This document shows positions 50,682 to 63,862 of a DNA stretch of 64,000 nt, piece after piece. The position numbers and the translations under genes are program-made. The notes under the pieces were generated by a model. It made no database searches, was not told the origin of the DNA, and saw only the letters and a list, made by a program, of their open reading frames with translations. This DNA is from Callorhinchus milii. Taxonomy: Eukaryota. The DNA lies in assembly GCF_018977255.1 (NCBI RefSeq), contig NW_024704742.1, positions 122,142,001 to 122,206,000 of the forward strand, written 5' to 3'. Numbering within the stretch: position 1 is the stretch's first letter; each line of letters starts with the position of its first letter.

Positions 50682-52499
50682 TATTTGAATTGAATTGTGT
50701 GCTAGTAAAGTAACTTGACTTCATACTACAAGTCAGGAAATTGAGGACATTACCCCTCTCAGGTTAGGTAAAGAATAAAGTGTGTGGTAGTTTAGCCTTC
50801 CTCTCCTTACAGCTCGTCACTAGAGCAGTCCTTGTCCACTGATGTTTGTTTTACCAGCCCAGTAATGAATATTGAGACACAAACCTGCAGTGCCACCTAA
50901 GCATGGCTGCTCTGAGCCACAAAAATTGTAGTTCTTTATTCTTGCATTGGATTTTACATTCAAAAATATCAATCACTGACTGTTTTTTGCAACTGCTTTG
51001 ATTTTAAATAAAGGCAAATCGTTTGTTCACTTCCCCTCCCTTCATATCCACTGCGACCCCATTCTTCCCTCCCTTCCCAACATCAGATACTTTGCCCCAC
51101 CCTTTGGAACACTTACCCTCAATCCTGCTACTTCCCTCCCTGCTTTCGGAGCCCCTGTAAATATCTCTTCTCTTTTACTGCTTCATCCACCTACGCTCTC
51201 TCCTCCCCCGCCGCCCCTTACACTTATCTCCCACTTTCCGCACATCCCAGGATTGCTTAAAAACAGTAACCACACTGGGAAAAATAATTACTATGCAGTA
51301 TGTTGAGATGTGTAACGTCCTAAGATGTACTGCACATTTATTACAGGATGTTAACAGGTGAGCCAATAGGTTTTAACAGAAGGTTTTTCTTCAATGAGTC
51401 CCAATAACATCTGAACTGTAGAGGAATGTTTACACCAGTGGGCAAGAGGTTACCACAATCAAACTGTGTGGATTCAGCTCGAGGGAAATTGCATCATATG
51501 ATTTGATCAGGATTGGTACTGTATTAGGTTTTGCATTGAAGTGTGACAGGAGAATAGCATAATATGAATACATTCCAGAATCGCTTTATAAAGCAACCAT
51601 GGAGTTAAAGCTGAGGGTTCGTTCTCTTGTGCAGTGTTATATGGTTGTTATTCTTCTCAGCATACTGTGAACCTTTTGAAGAGACTCAGATATTAGGATC
51701 TAAAAAGCGATGATTATCTAATGGGATTCCTTAACAAGAAGTCCAAGATACAGATGAGGATTCCTTCTGGTGATCGTAGGTCCACTGACGTGGGAGCTCT
51801 GTTCTGATGTGATCTACTTCCAGATTGGTGTTCCCTCAGGTGTCAATCATCTACTTCTGTTTATCAGAGAGTCCCCATTTGTGACTCGGAATGACTTTAA
51901 TAGAATCAATGCATTTTAGATCCCTTTGCACAGTATTTCTGCCTGAACCATGTTCTCATCTGGCTGTCCACGGTCAGGAAAATACTGCGGTAGAGGCTTC
52001 CTCCAGGACATGAAGGGTGCTAAATAAATGCAAGTTGCGTGTGTAGAGGAAATGATAATATTTCAGGGAAGCAACTTTGTACTAATACCATGAAAGGATG
52101 AAACTTTTTTAAAAAATCATTTGCAGCCTCAAGCGTTCCAGAATAGGCAATGTCTGATTTCTTAGATTTCCAGTAAACAGCTTTTCTTGTGTTAAGCACT
52201 ACTTTCTCATTGTTTACACTCTGAATTCAAGCTAACCATAAATAGCATGGAAAACATTCACTGGAAAAAGAAACGTTCCAATTATTTGGATCCCACATGT
52301 TTGATTTTGTTGGCATTACTTCTAAAGAATAATAGTTGGAAAATCTTACGGAATTAACTGTTTCTCATCCAATGCAGCCCAAAATAACAGTAAACCCACA
52401 ACAATAATCCTTGCATTTGGTATATCACCTTAATACCTCTTTGAAATGTTTCAAAGTCCTCATAGGATTTACTGTAAAAATAAATGGTTAAGTCCATAG

Positions 52500-52712
52500 T
52501 TAATAATCCCTCAAGAAAAAAAAAATAATAATTTGGTCACTTCAATCCATGACTGTTTGTGGGACACTGCTGTGTGCAATTGACTGCCGCGTTTCGCCCA
52601 CAAATATACAGTCAATTCACTTTACAGTATAATCTATGAAGCGCTTTGAGGCGTCTAGTAGACATGAAAAGCGCTATATCAAATGCAAGGATTATTATTA
52701 TCATTATTATTA
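52500..52712 (+). mobile_element. Young SINE 3' half
   Basis: Starts at the internal taataatccctc motif and runs to the (tta)n tail. Confidence 0.88.
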
Positions 52713-53459
52713 GAGTGTGATTCTAGGTAGACTACATACAATTGGTCTTGAATTACCAAAAGGAAATTGAGAAAGGCGAAATAATGGAAATCTACAGCAG
52801 AAGTCAAAACATATTTTATATCATCAAAGGACTGATGGTTATTTTCATAGGATATCAGTCAGTACAACTGGAGTTTTTTTGCCCACAAAATATACAGTCA
52901 CTGCACTTTATGAAACCTTTAAGACTTCCTACCGATGTGAAAGGCACTGTACCAAACGTAAGATTATTATTCAGATTGTGGATGAACAGTTGGAGTGTGT
53001 ATTCCCCGTCTCATCCAACAGAGGGCGTCACATCACCTTCAGGAATTACAGAAAGACAAGTGGAATTGACTGGCTTTGCCAATCTGATTGCAGACACCAC
53101 TTTATTGTTATTTCAAATAAAATCTATCGTCGGACTTGAGAGATAGTGATGTTACAGTATTTAGCATTCTAGCTAGCAATCAATTTATTATTTTTGAGGT
53201 ATCTGTCTAGTTCCCTCTTGAAGGCCAATATGGATTTTAGCTCAATAATCGCTCCCGACAGGACATTTCACATACTAATTACTCTGTACGTGAAAAAAAT
53301 TCTCCTAATCTCCCCATTTCCTCATTTACTATCTAAATTTACTATCACTTGCAATCTTTCATTCAGTATCAACCTCTTTGCTTCCACTCTCGACACCAGG
53401 ACGGCTACTGTTCTGACTGATTTCAGTGCTCTGAGATGCTACCCTTGTGAAGTTTTTGT

Positions 53460-53750
53460 TATTATTGATTGCCCGTCAAACATCAAGTCCTGGATGAGCT
53501 CTAAGTTTCTTCAGTTGAATGCCAACAAGACAGAGGCTATCTTGCATTCTCACCTCAGGCGCCGATTGTATCAACCTGCATTGATGCACACTCCACTTCA
53601 CGGAACTGGTACAGAAATTCCCAACTTTCTTTAATACCTCACCTGTGTGCTCTTATCCACTCAAATTTCCCCTCATTTCTAAAACACTGCCCACCTCTGC
53701 CACTACCTCTCCCCTCGGTCTGATGAGATCCTCATCCATGCCTTTCACTA
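53460..53750 (+). mobile_element. L2 RT-region fragment
   Basis: DC.SNIKSWMSSKFLQLNANKTEAIL, then gagatcctcatccatgcctt (EILIHAF). Confidence 0.7.
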
Positions 53751-53885
53751 TATCTTCTGTACAAAGCCCAGCTAAGTTTATCCAGCATTTGCTACTGTAA
53801 AACTCTTCAGCCCACCCAACTGTATTACCTGGGGTAAAGTTTGGAATGTATACTTCCCAATTCTCAAGGCAATAAGGTGAAAGCT

Positions 53886-54318
53886 CAGCCTGAATCAGTT
53901 GGTAGCACTTTTGCCTCTGACTCAGAAGATTGTGGGTTCATGCCCTACATAGGGATTTTGAACCACAGTCTAGGCTGACATTTCAGTGCCAATATAGTGC
54001 TGGGGGTGTGCTGCATTGTTGGAAGTAGCTTCCTTCGGATTAGATTTTAAACCACAACCCCGTCCAGCTGTCGAAGTAGACTTTAAAGATCCCATGGCAC
54101 TACTCAAAAAGAAAGGGAGTTTCTCCTGGTATCCTAACCAACAATCCTCCAAATAAAATTGGTCATTTGCTTCATAGCTATTTGTGGGACATTGCTGTGT
54201 GCAAATCGGCTGTTAAGTTCACCTACAAAAATACACAGTCACTCCACTTTACGGTCAATCTTGTGAGACATACTGCCTGATGTGAAAGGCATTATATAAA
54301 ATGCCAGGATTATTATTG
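53886..54318 (+). mobile_element. Old DeuSINE (SacSINE1-like), full length
   Basis: cagcctgaatcagttggtagc head, aaagatcccatggcacta core and ggattattatt tail. Confidence 0.88.
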
Positions 54319-57300
54319 TTTATTATAATGTTGGGTTACGAGACTCGTGACTAGATTTGCAAAATGATCAATTGCGAATTCCAAGCCACAGAAAGTCTGT
54401 AAAAAGACTCGTGGAAAGCTGCCAATGGCTCGCTCAGGGATTATTCAGACATTGCATGGATTCCGAGACACATAAAGCAGAAGTCACATTTAGCAACTCA
54501 AATTGAGTTTACAAATCATCGCAGTTTCGACCTGAATATCCCAGCAAACATTGGGTGACAGAGCAGAGAACACTCCGAATATTCATATCATAGATGATAA
54601 CCTTCTTTAATGAACCAAATCACACACCTAATCAAAATCTTTTGAGCTATGTTTCAATACGGCTTCCAAATATCCAGGATTCACAATCTAATGATGAAAT
54701 TTCTTTGTTGTTTCATTTGCCTACTCAAACCGCAAGGGAACAGCTATTAGGCCTTCACTGAAAATTAAACTGCATTGATTTGATTGAACATTAATGCTAG
54801 AGATGATTTCTAATTTAATATTAAAACATAATTTTTTTTTACCACTGGGCCTTTGGAAACAAAGAAGGATTCCTCATTTCAAGAACGTTTTGCTGCCTTT
54901 AAATATTTCAGAAAAAAATTAATAATTAAAGGTACTATTTAAAGACCACTGGGGTTGATAAGATTAGAAAGTATGCGGCTAAAAGTTTTTTTTTGTCACT
55001 TGAAATTCTAACAGATACCACTTGCTGAAAAATAGAAGATTTTCCACTTTGTGCTGCATGTACTCCGAGGCAATTAGCTAGATGCAGTTCAGAAGATTTA
55101 CTCTGGCCTTAGTGTAAAGCACACACTTTTGGCACATGGTGTACATTTAGAGGGAGAAATACCCAAACTTATGCCACTATGGGGGAGGAACACATGCTAT
55201 TTTCCCTGAAGGGTCCCATAATGTTTATTTTACTAGGCATTGTTAAGGAGCCATTTTAAAGGCCGTTTTGGGGGATGGCAGTCAAGGTGGTGGATGGGAA
55301 AGATGACCAAAATCGTGGTCAAATAGGTACGTTTTAATGGTAAAACATAGCTTAAATTTTGCACATATCCGAAATATGCCACAAGGAAGTTGTTTGTATG
55401 GGATGATTGCCCTGCAGTGATGGGGCCATTACAAATGATAAAAAAATGTGCATTTCATAAGGAATCATCTGATATATGTGTTAGAAAAGTGCCTATCAAA
55501 ACTCACTGTCAAGGCTCTCAGATTAGTAGAAGGAAAAATAAGTTTAAAAAGTTCTGGGGGTTTTGGGTGGGGAGGTGGGTAGGGAAAGAGGTGGAGAAAG
55601 TTGGAGGAGACAAATTGGTGAAAAATAAAAACAAATTGAAAAACTTTAAAGCAAATTATCTGCCGCATCCCAGGGTTATAACAACAACTTACATTTGTAT
55701 AGTGTCTTTCACGTCTTAAATCGCTTCACACAGCTAACATCGTGGCCCAAAAGCATCAATTAAAAAAATTCATGCTCCGGAGATCACAGTCAAACAGTGA
55801 GCTTGCGTGATTTATTATTCCCAGCCTCTGGGAAATACTAATCCAAAATAGTTTGATTTAATTAATTAGGTAATCCAAGTGTTATAATCCTTCACAAATA
55901 TCTTGTGGTATGATTTTTATTTCCATTGGTAAAGTGATCCAAACTAACTCAAGACTTTGTAGCTGGTGATTCTACTAAATAAAAAAACATACATGGAATG
56001 CTAGGAAGCGGCCAGTGGATTTGCTATTAACATATTAGTTCTTTTGAAGAAGTCCCTTTGGCCTGTTTGATCTCATCTCTCCAGAACGCCCACCCTTCTG
56101 TCTTCCCATCATAGCATCAAGCTGTTTTTTTTAAACAAGCCAGTTCCTGATCTCAACCATCTTTTCTGGCAAACTGCTCCTGTCATTAATTACCATCTGT
56201 GTAAAGAAAAACTTCCTGGTGACTGTGCTGAAATTGCCCTTTGCAACTGTAACCTATGGCCATTTATTCTACTATCTTGGTGTTACTTAAAATATTATTC
56301 TGAATTCACTTTTTCCATCCCATTTAAAATTGTACATACTTCTTCAAGGCCTCTCTGAGATTAGATAAACTAGGGCTCTTTCAAGACTGAAGAGCCCTAC
56401 CTTATCTAATCACCATACTGTGAAAGGAAGATGGAAATGCTTTTCATTCTTGACACAGCAATTCAGGATAAAGGATATTGAGAAATGGCTAAAAATTAAA
56501 ATTTATAATGATAGGCAAATCAAATTGGTAAAATCTTATAATTATTCTGATTCATTACTAATCTGCAATGTGTGTCACCATGACATTTCTCCAGGTGCCT
56601 GGGATTATAGGTTTGTCCTTCCTTGAAGCGATTGTAGCAAATTCACAAAGGGATCTCATACTAACAGAGCATAGACTCAACATTTCTCAAGGTCTAATCT
56701 GAGTTCTAATTTTAACGTTGAAGATTGTACTAAATTTTGGATAATTCGTTTTTTGGCTCTTAAAATGAGATTCCACAGTCGTTGGACAATGACAACAACT
56801 CTCATTTATATAGTGTCCTTAATGCAGGATAGTGTATTGAGAGCACTGCACGGTGGCATGGTTAGGACTTCAAGGAAGTGAGAAGTGGGAGGTGACCATA
56901 GCCGCGTTTAAAGAGATAGGTCTTGATGTGGGATTTAAAGATAGGTAGGTTTGCGTGCGTGCAAATTAAAACTCAATTTAAGAATTTCACAGATTTTGCA
57001 AGATCTTCAATTTGCACATAACGGCTTGAAAGCGAAGGCCATATGGAACACAGTTTGCTCTGAAAAGGGAGTGGGCTGTCCAAGACCATTCAGGGTTGTT
57101 GAGGAAGAATTATGTCAACCAGCAAAGTGCTTTGATCAAAGTAGCCATTTGACGCTATTGGCATACTATATAAATAACCATGTGATCTTCTGTGTTTTGG
57201 TGTAAAACAGACACAAGAGGTGACAGTTCCTGGGAACTATTTGTAAATCTTTCTGGCTTTGTTTATTATAAGGGCATTCATTTCTGAAGGTACTTAGATC

Positions 57301-58724
57301 ACTTGGATCAATGTTTTAGGCTTCATTTGGTTTACCCTTAGGTGCAAAATTGATACAGGGGAGAAGGACGGGGGGAAATAGTTTATGGGTGCAAAAGAAA
57401 AGGGTGGGGGGAAAGATCACTTTCATAGTATACTGGTCTCTTATCAAAGTTGAAAGAGGAAATGAAGGAGCCTTCATTGTAACTAGTGATCACAATGTTT
57501 GAAAATGAAAAATCGTGGTGAGCTGAACATTGTGTCTTTCAACCTCAAGCCTCATGTCAGCAGAATGACATGTCTCAACTGAGACTAAGAATATGCTCAT
57601 GAAAGCTGGACAAGAGAGATGAATAAATCAGCAGCCTCAGTGATTGGCAACAGAGCATTCCTCTGTCACTGGAAAGGCAGCCTCCTGTGAATTACAGCCA
57701 TTAAAATCTTTGCATTTGATACCATGTCTATAATGTCGAACCTTCCCAAAGTGCTTCACAGGGAATTATTGTCAAGTGTAGTGACTTCAGAGAAAACTGT
57801 CACTTATTATTAATCTATTAATGTTCAACCCCTTCCCTCTCCTCTTTTCATAAATGATTTATTTAACTGCATGCAAGGGTGAGAAGGGAATACAGGGGTA
57901 GGGAAGACAGGAAAAGGAGACTGCTTGGAGTATAAACACGGGCACAGACTAGTTGGGCTGAATGGTCTGTTTCTGTGCTGCAATGTTGTTTGTAATTCAA
58001 TGTAAATGAGAGTGGGATTATAGCTCCAATGCTGGAGCAGGAAAATGAAACTAGTTTTGGGATTCTACAACCATAAGTAATCTATTACCATCAGTGATTG
58101 AATTTTTCTTGAGTTATCTGTTGGTCAGTAAATTTACCAACCTTGGCGGTACATCAGTAAAAATTATTGATAATTAGAGAATTTCTTCCTCTCCCCTAAA
58201 TGCATGTACTGTGCTCCTTAGGACAGTACACAGTGGATAAAAAGGCATTAATCCCTTAAAGGTGGCCAACTCTCTTCTTAACAATGCTCCAAGTCACACA
58301 AATACTGTCTCCACGCTTGTTAGTTATGACTTGTCAAGAGCTTTAAGACATTTTGACAGGATAAAAATGCAAATTCTTTCTCTTTCACATTCACAGTGAT
58401 TTGTCTGCCAGCATGATTTTATCATTAAACTGCTATTTATGTTTCATTTTTTTACCAAGGTAATACCTTGAGATAAAAGTTTGGAACGTTAAAGTATTTA
58501 CATTTTACTCACAGAATGTTTGGGATCGTTGCAGTGATTTGTGTCTGACGGTGGGCATTGCCAGTGGGAAAGCCCTTTCATCAGTCTTAAATTGTATACA
58601 CTACATTGTGCAGAAAAAGATGATAGGTTTTACAGAGCACAGAAAATTGGGTTCACTATTAATGAGATTTGCTTAAAGCAGTCCAGTTCAATGAATTGTT
58701 AGTTCCTGTCAATGTTATGATAAA

Positions 58725-58862
58725 ATAATAATAATAATCCTTGCATTTGATATAGTGCCTCATCATGTCTGCGAGACGTCTCAAAGCACTTCACAGAATA
58801 TACTGCATAGTGAATTGATTGTATATTTTTGTGGACGAAACCCAGCAGCCAATTGCGCACAG
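58725..58862 (-). mobile_element. Young SINE 3' fragment
   Basis: (taa)n, then ccttgcatttgatatag...gcagccaattgcgcacag. Confidence 0.85.
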
Positions 58863-60109
58863 TAATTGAAAAGCTATTAATTGAATAATTGAATAATAAT
58901 AATTGAATATTGAATTGCTGCGTTGATTAACGCAGAGTGATGTCAACAACCAATTGACATCCACGAATGTCCTCATCTCTGTAAAATTATGCTCTGCTCT
59001 GCCAAAGACATGGTGGAGAGGTTTTCATCCATAGCAGCTACAAGTGTGGTGAAACCTTCTAGGCCTCTAGATTATTTGCCTCCTTGTTGTCTTTCCTTTG
59101 TATAATTCCTACAATGTGCAGGATCTCTTGCAGTTTGGGGAACTTGGTTGTATAGTGTACCTGTTAGCAGTATGTAGTTGGTAGTCAGAAAATGATGAGG
59201 TTTCAGACTTTAAAAGGCAGCCTTCCTTGGATGTAGAAGCCATTTCTCGGGTTCCCTCATAGACATGATCCCTTGTTATCAAAGGTCACCATGTTAGACA
59301 CAACGAGGAGGACGTCCCAAGGCACTGGAAAAGGTTGATGGATGCCTACACAAGACAACTTAAAAGAAAGTTGCTTTAATTGTACATTTAACAGAACACA
59401 TCTCAGCAGAAACAAATGTGAGGAAATGTGGAAATGTAATCCTGGAGGTTTATCAGAGTTTATGTTTGGAAGCACAAATGGGTTGCAAAGTATACTGTTT
59501 ACACTTTTGCTGCTCTTAACATTGTGACAGTTTCGTAGCCTGGTGCCATCAGATGCACACATTTGCCCTTTGTATTTACAGTTAGATCTTTAATTCTCCC
59601 AAACAAGAGCACTAATGGCAATGCAGCTTAAAATATGAGACAGGTTGGACAGCTGTGTGGCACACTGCTTTGGAGTGTTGATTTGCATTATGCATTTGTT
59701 TGCAAACATGATGTTTGCAGTTATAATCCACAGCATGCTGAGCACTTATTTCAACCGTGAATTTACTAAGCAGAGGTGAAAAGGAGAAACACAAAAGGAT
59801 AAGTCAATTCAATGTGAATCGCGTTTTTACGTCTAATGGCCCATCAAGTTTATCCATTTGAGCTATACACCTTGACCAATTCTGCTCTCTCCACGTACTC
59901 TATTACATTTGCTCACTCTTATTGATATGCCCTGTGTACAGTGGAGTAACCGGATTAGAAGTAAATTCAATTAAGAGCTGTAGCTTAATAGATATAGAGG
60001 AACCCTGTTATAGCACCTTTCAATATAGATTGCGTCGCTCATAATAAATCCAGGTCTACTGAGGACCCACACTAACTGGAAGCGTAGTACATGTGGCCTC
60101 TGGAATTGG

Positions 60110-60235
60110 CTTCCCATGTTAAATAATGACCAACTTCCTGGTTGTCAGGTCATCCCTGACATCACTTCCTGCCCAGTGTCATCAGTGATGTTTCTTGAAA
60201 GGAAATGACATTAACGATGACCATTTTTTTCATGC
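60110..60235. repeat. Second copy of the acttcctg-rich repeat seen at ~2800
   Basis: Aligns in reverse orientation to ~2841-2900. Confidence 0.5.
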
Positions 60236-61530
60236 CTAATTGCCCTGGGATAATGGACCAGCTAACCACACTGCCACAAGGTTTCCCTGTATACCCTGAT
60301 AGTAACTTGTTTATTCAAACTCTATTATCTTGCAGCATACAATGAGGAACTTGTGAGATTCAGAAACTGGACTACAAATGGATCTGTAGTGCTGTGCATC
60401 TGTTTACTGCAGGAAAAACATTGCATTTCATCCTTTTTATTATCAAACCAAACAGATACGGACCCAGAATCATTTGGAACAACAACAAAAACTTGCATTT
60501 ATATAGCAACCCTTCAAGTAGGGCAGGGTGTTGGAGCAGTGTAGTTTGATGTGAGCCGGGGGGAGGGAGGAGGTGGCCTTAATCACGGTCAAAGAGGAAC
60601 ATCACTGTATCAAAATGACAGTTTGCAAACATGCAGTGAAAAATACCTGACCACCCACTTACAAATCTGCAGCCTGAACAATATCCTGGTCTTTGTAAAT
60701 GGCTCAGATGCTGTACACATACTCTGAAAAATACATAGTACTTCATTCTTACATAAATATCGTCCGGATTGTCTCAAACATGTTACCCATTGCTTTGTGT
60801 TAAAGCAGTTAAACTTGAGACATCCAATCATCAAGTTTGTCTTAAGCTATTTTCTAAAAAAAAGGTACTGTGGTAAAAGGTTTCACTTGACATAGGAATA
60901 AAGGAAAATAGAAACAAGAGGTGGCCATTCGTACTATTGAACCTGTTCCACACTCACTGGGAACAGGATTGAACTTTCTCTCAAACTAAAATGTTTGCTC
61001 AAAGTAGAACAAATCTGCAGAAACACTAGTGAGCGAGTAGTAAACTTAGGGAACAAGCTCCTTCGGGAGACAGTGGAAGCAGAAAATGTCATTTGTTTGA
61101 AGAACAAATTAGATAGATTTCTGCTGGAAAATAATATCTCAGAATACAGTGTATAATTTGGGACACAACATGTTAAGTGACTGCCAGGATGGTGGAAGGC
61201 GAACTAGATGGACCTTGGTCTTCTTTCGCCTAGCAAATTCTTATGTTCTTATGCACACAAAACACACAGTCACTGCACTTTACAGTATGTCCTATGAATG
61301 CTTTGAGGCATCCTCCTGAAGTGAAATGTGAAATGTAAAGATTATTATTATTAACTCAGCCATGTAAGAGCCTTACAGACAACTGTAAATTCAGTTTTCT
61401 TAAACTGTGTGAATGACATTAATTCACCATAAGATATAAACTCATAAGTGCTCCGAGACATTAACCATGTGAAGGCTGCAATATAAATGCAAGTTGTTGT
61501 TGTGATGCCATCAGGTACTCTGCTTATGTA

Positions 61531-61742
61531 TAATAATAATAAATAATCCTTGCATTTGATATAGCGCTTTTCACATCTTCGAGATGTACCAAAACGCTTC
61601 ACAGAATATACTGTAAAGTGAATTGACTGTATATTTGTGGGCGAACGCGGCAGCCAATTGCGCACAGCAATGTCCCACAGACAGTCCTGGATTGAAAATG
61701 ACCAATTTATTATTGTTTTTTTTTGAGAGATTATTATTATTA
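61531..61742 (-). mobile_element. Young SINE 3' half, fused to the MTFR1 fragment
   Basis: On the minus strand it starts at the internal taataataatctctc motif and ends in the L2-type tail. Confidence 0.9.
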
Positions 61743-61764
61743 GAACTAGAACTTATTATTATTA

Positions 61765-62338
61765 CTAGAACTGAACCTGCTTTATAACAAAGCAGGTTTT
61801 AAAGGAGATCTACTTAGTTACTCCTTTCTGCTACGGATGGAACTTTACACAAATATGTAATAACATAACAAATTGATTACAGGAATGTTTTCTGTTGTGG
61901 GTATATGGATACTATCCTCTGCCACAAGGAAAGTAAGCAAAAGTTAAATTCATATTTTTACCAGATTTTACACATATATGCTTATGTAAAACTCCGGAAA
62001 TTTCTGTAACAGCTTCAAGCAATGAAGTCTGAGGAGAACAAAACTGGAGAATAAGTACACTATTTTCTTTACAAAAGTCTTTCTTCTTACTTTGCTTCTA
62101 ATCAAGATTTTGCTAGCAATAACTTCCTTTTTCCTGCTGGCTTCAGCATGTGCTGTCCAAAGTTTGGAGGTTCTGCAGTTTCCATGAAGTCAGACTTTGA
62201 AAACTGGCTTTCATTTTCACAACTATCATTCTTGTAGCGATGTGCAAATTTTCGTTTCAAAGCTGCTGCTATTAGTGCAGTTGGATCTACTGAAGACTGA
62301 TCTGGTTTGACCTTTAGATCATCCACTGATTTCTTCAC
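61765..62338 (-). pseudogene. MTFR1: 5'-truncated intronless copy of the MTFR1 (mitochondrial fission regulator 1) C-terminus plus 3'UTR; open frame 62338-62102
   Basis: VKKSVDDLKVKPDQSSVDPTALIAAALKRKFAHRYKNDS...FGQHMLKPAGKRKLLLAKS* matches the MTFR1 C-terminus as I recall it (VKRSEQD...[22 protein letters not shown]...FGPHMLKPTGK). There is no ATG and no strong acceptor upstream. Confidence 0.75.
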
Positions 62339-62679
62339 AAATTAAATAAGTTACTGTCTGGGCAGCATGGTACAGTAGTGGACGGGTTCTCCAGTGAGCT
62401 TTGCTGTGAGTGATAGGAAGTGCGGGTGGGGGAAGTATTATGCTCCTGTTTATTGCATAGTGAGCTCCAGATGGCCACCATGTCAAAGAAGACAATATTG
62501 TACTTGGTTTCACCACAGCAAGAGATTTAAAGGTGCAGAGACAGTCACTTCAGGCCTCACATACATCCAAGTATTTCTCTCTATTAATCTCTCAACAACA
62601 ATAACAATTTGCCTTTCACCGAGGGAGAACATTTCAAAGTAGTTTACAAAGACTGAGTTTGTATTATTTAGCATTATTT

Positions 62680-62870
62680 AGCATGGGAAGCCATGGGAAG
62701 CCTGAGCTGGGAGCGAGATAGGAGGAACAGGATAGAGTTGGCCAAGGGAGTATGGGCGCAGGAGATTCCAGAGGTAGGATGAGATGAAGCCATGGAGGCG
62801 TTTGCAAGTAAGAATGAAGATCTTAAATGTAATCTGTGAGGGATAGGGATCCAGTGGAGGAGGTGAGGAG
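62680..62870 (-). mobile_element. L2 ORF2 fragment
   Basis: ISPHL.LHWIPIPHRL...FKI on the minus strand. Confidence 0.7.
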
Positions 62871-63410
62871 AGATAGATCTACCACTAACTATTTTATATT
62901 TATGTCCCCTTGTTTGGGACTCACCAATCAGTGGAACAAGCCTATCAACATTTACCTCATTGAAACTTTTCCTTATAATGTAATGCATAATATCCACTTG
63001 CCTTTATCCCCTTCCCCACCCCAACTACCCCACCCTCTACCCCCACTTCACACTCCCCTAGCATTCATTCTGAGCAGTTGGTATGCATCTTCAGTTTGAA
63101 GTCAAAGCTTTGATCTTATCCTGTAATCATCCAAATTGTAACAAGATTATTTTTCTGACCTCAATGAAGCTGTTTACTTTAGTAGATTTAAAGCCGGTGA
63201 TGCAAATGTACACTATGTAGCGATTAAATCTTAACCAGTACGTTTATTTAAATGTCCAAATGGTGGGATTTCTAAACGCTTTGTGCAATGATATGAATTT
63301 CACATCCAGCTTGAGCTCCCAGTCAGTGCTTTGAGATGTTTGTCCCCGTCACTACCCCAACACCCCCATGTGAAAGGCACTATATAAATGTAAATTGTAA
63401 TAGTATAATA

Positions 63411-63491
63411 CCATCAGTGAGTATCATACCATCAGTGAGTATCATGCTATCAGTGAGTAACATACTATCACAGAGTACCATGCTATCAGCA
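63411..63491. repeat. 18-bp minisatellite, about 4.5 units
   Basis: ccatcagtgagtatcata / ccatcagtgagtatcatg / ctatcagtgagtaacata / ctatcacagagtaccatg / ctatcagc. Confidence 0.85.
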
Positions 63492-63862
63492 AGTTGCTGT
63501 GCAGGTTAAACATGGTGAACAACCAATTTGCATCACTTCATGCAACATGCAGGTTTTGTCTTGCACAGGTCAAAGGTTGCAGTGGGTTTACAGCAATGTG
63601 TTTCCACTTGCCATCTGTATTAATGATGACAGATAAATGCGGAAAATGGGAAATAGGGTGGAATTTAAGATGGAATCCATATGGACTTGTAGGATAATAA
63701 ATGAGGAGTTTGTGTAAAACCAGTATTTCCTCCCATTGACTTTGATGAGTTATTGAATTTCGTACCGCTGTTTAATTAAGATACCTGTCACAGTATTGGT
63801 ACTCACACCCCAGTTTTTCTCGACAATGTTAAGCTTTTTNATTGTTTGATCTACCTCAAATT

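Noticed and set aside
59221..59530. Possible RTE-type LINE remnant
   Set aside because: Only a vague RRGRP...W...DNLK-like trace, too degraded to call.
1..61500. PDE7A exons expected next to a genuine MTFR1 locus
   Set aside because: No phosphodiesterase motifs (for example NPYHN, HDLDHPG, KCADI) were seen in the ORF track or by eye.
63411..63491. CRISPR-like array
   Set aside because: Head-to-tail 18-bp units without unique spacers in a vertebrate context; an ordinary minisatellite.
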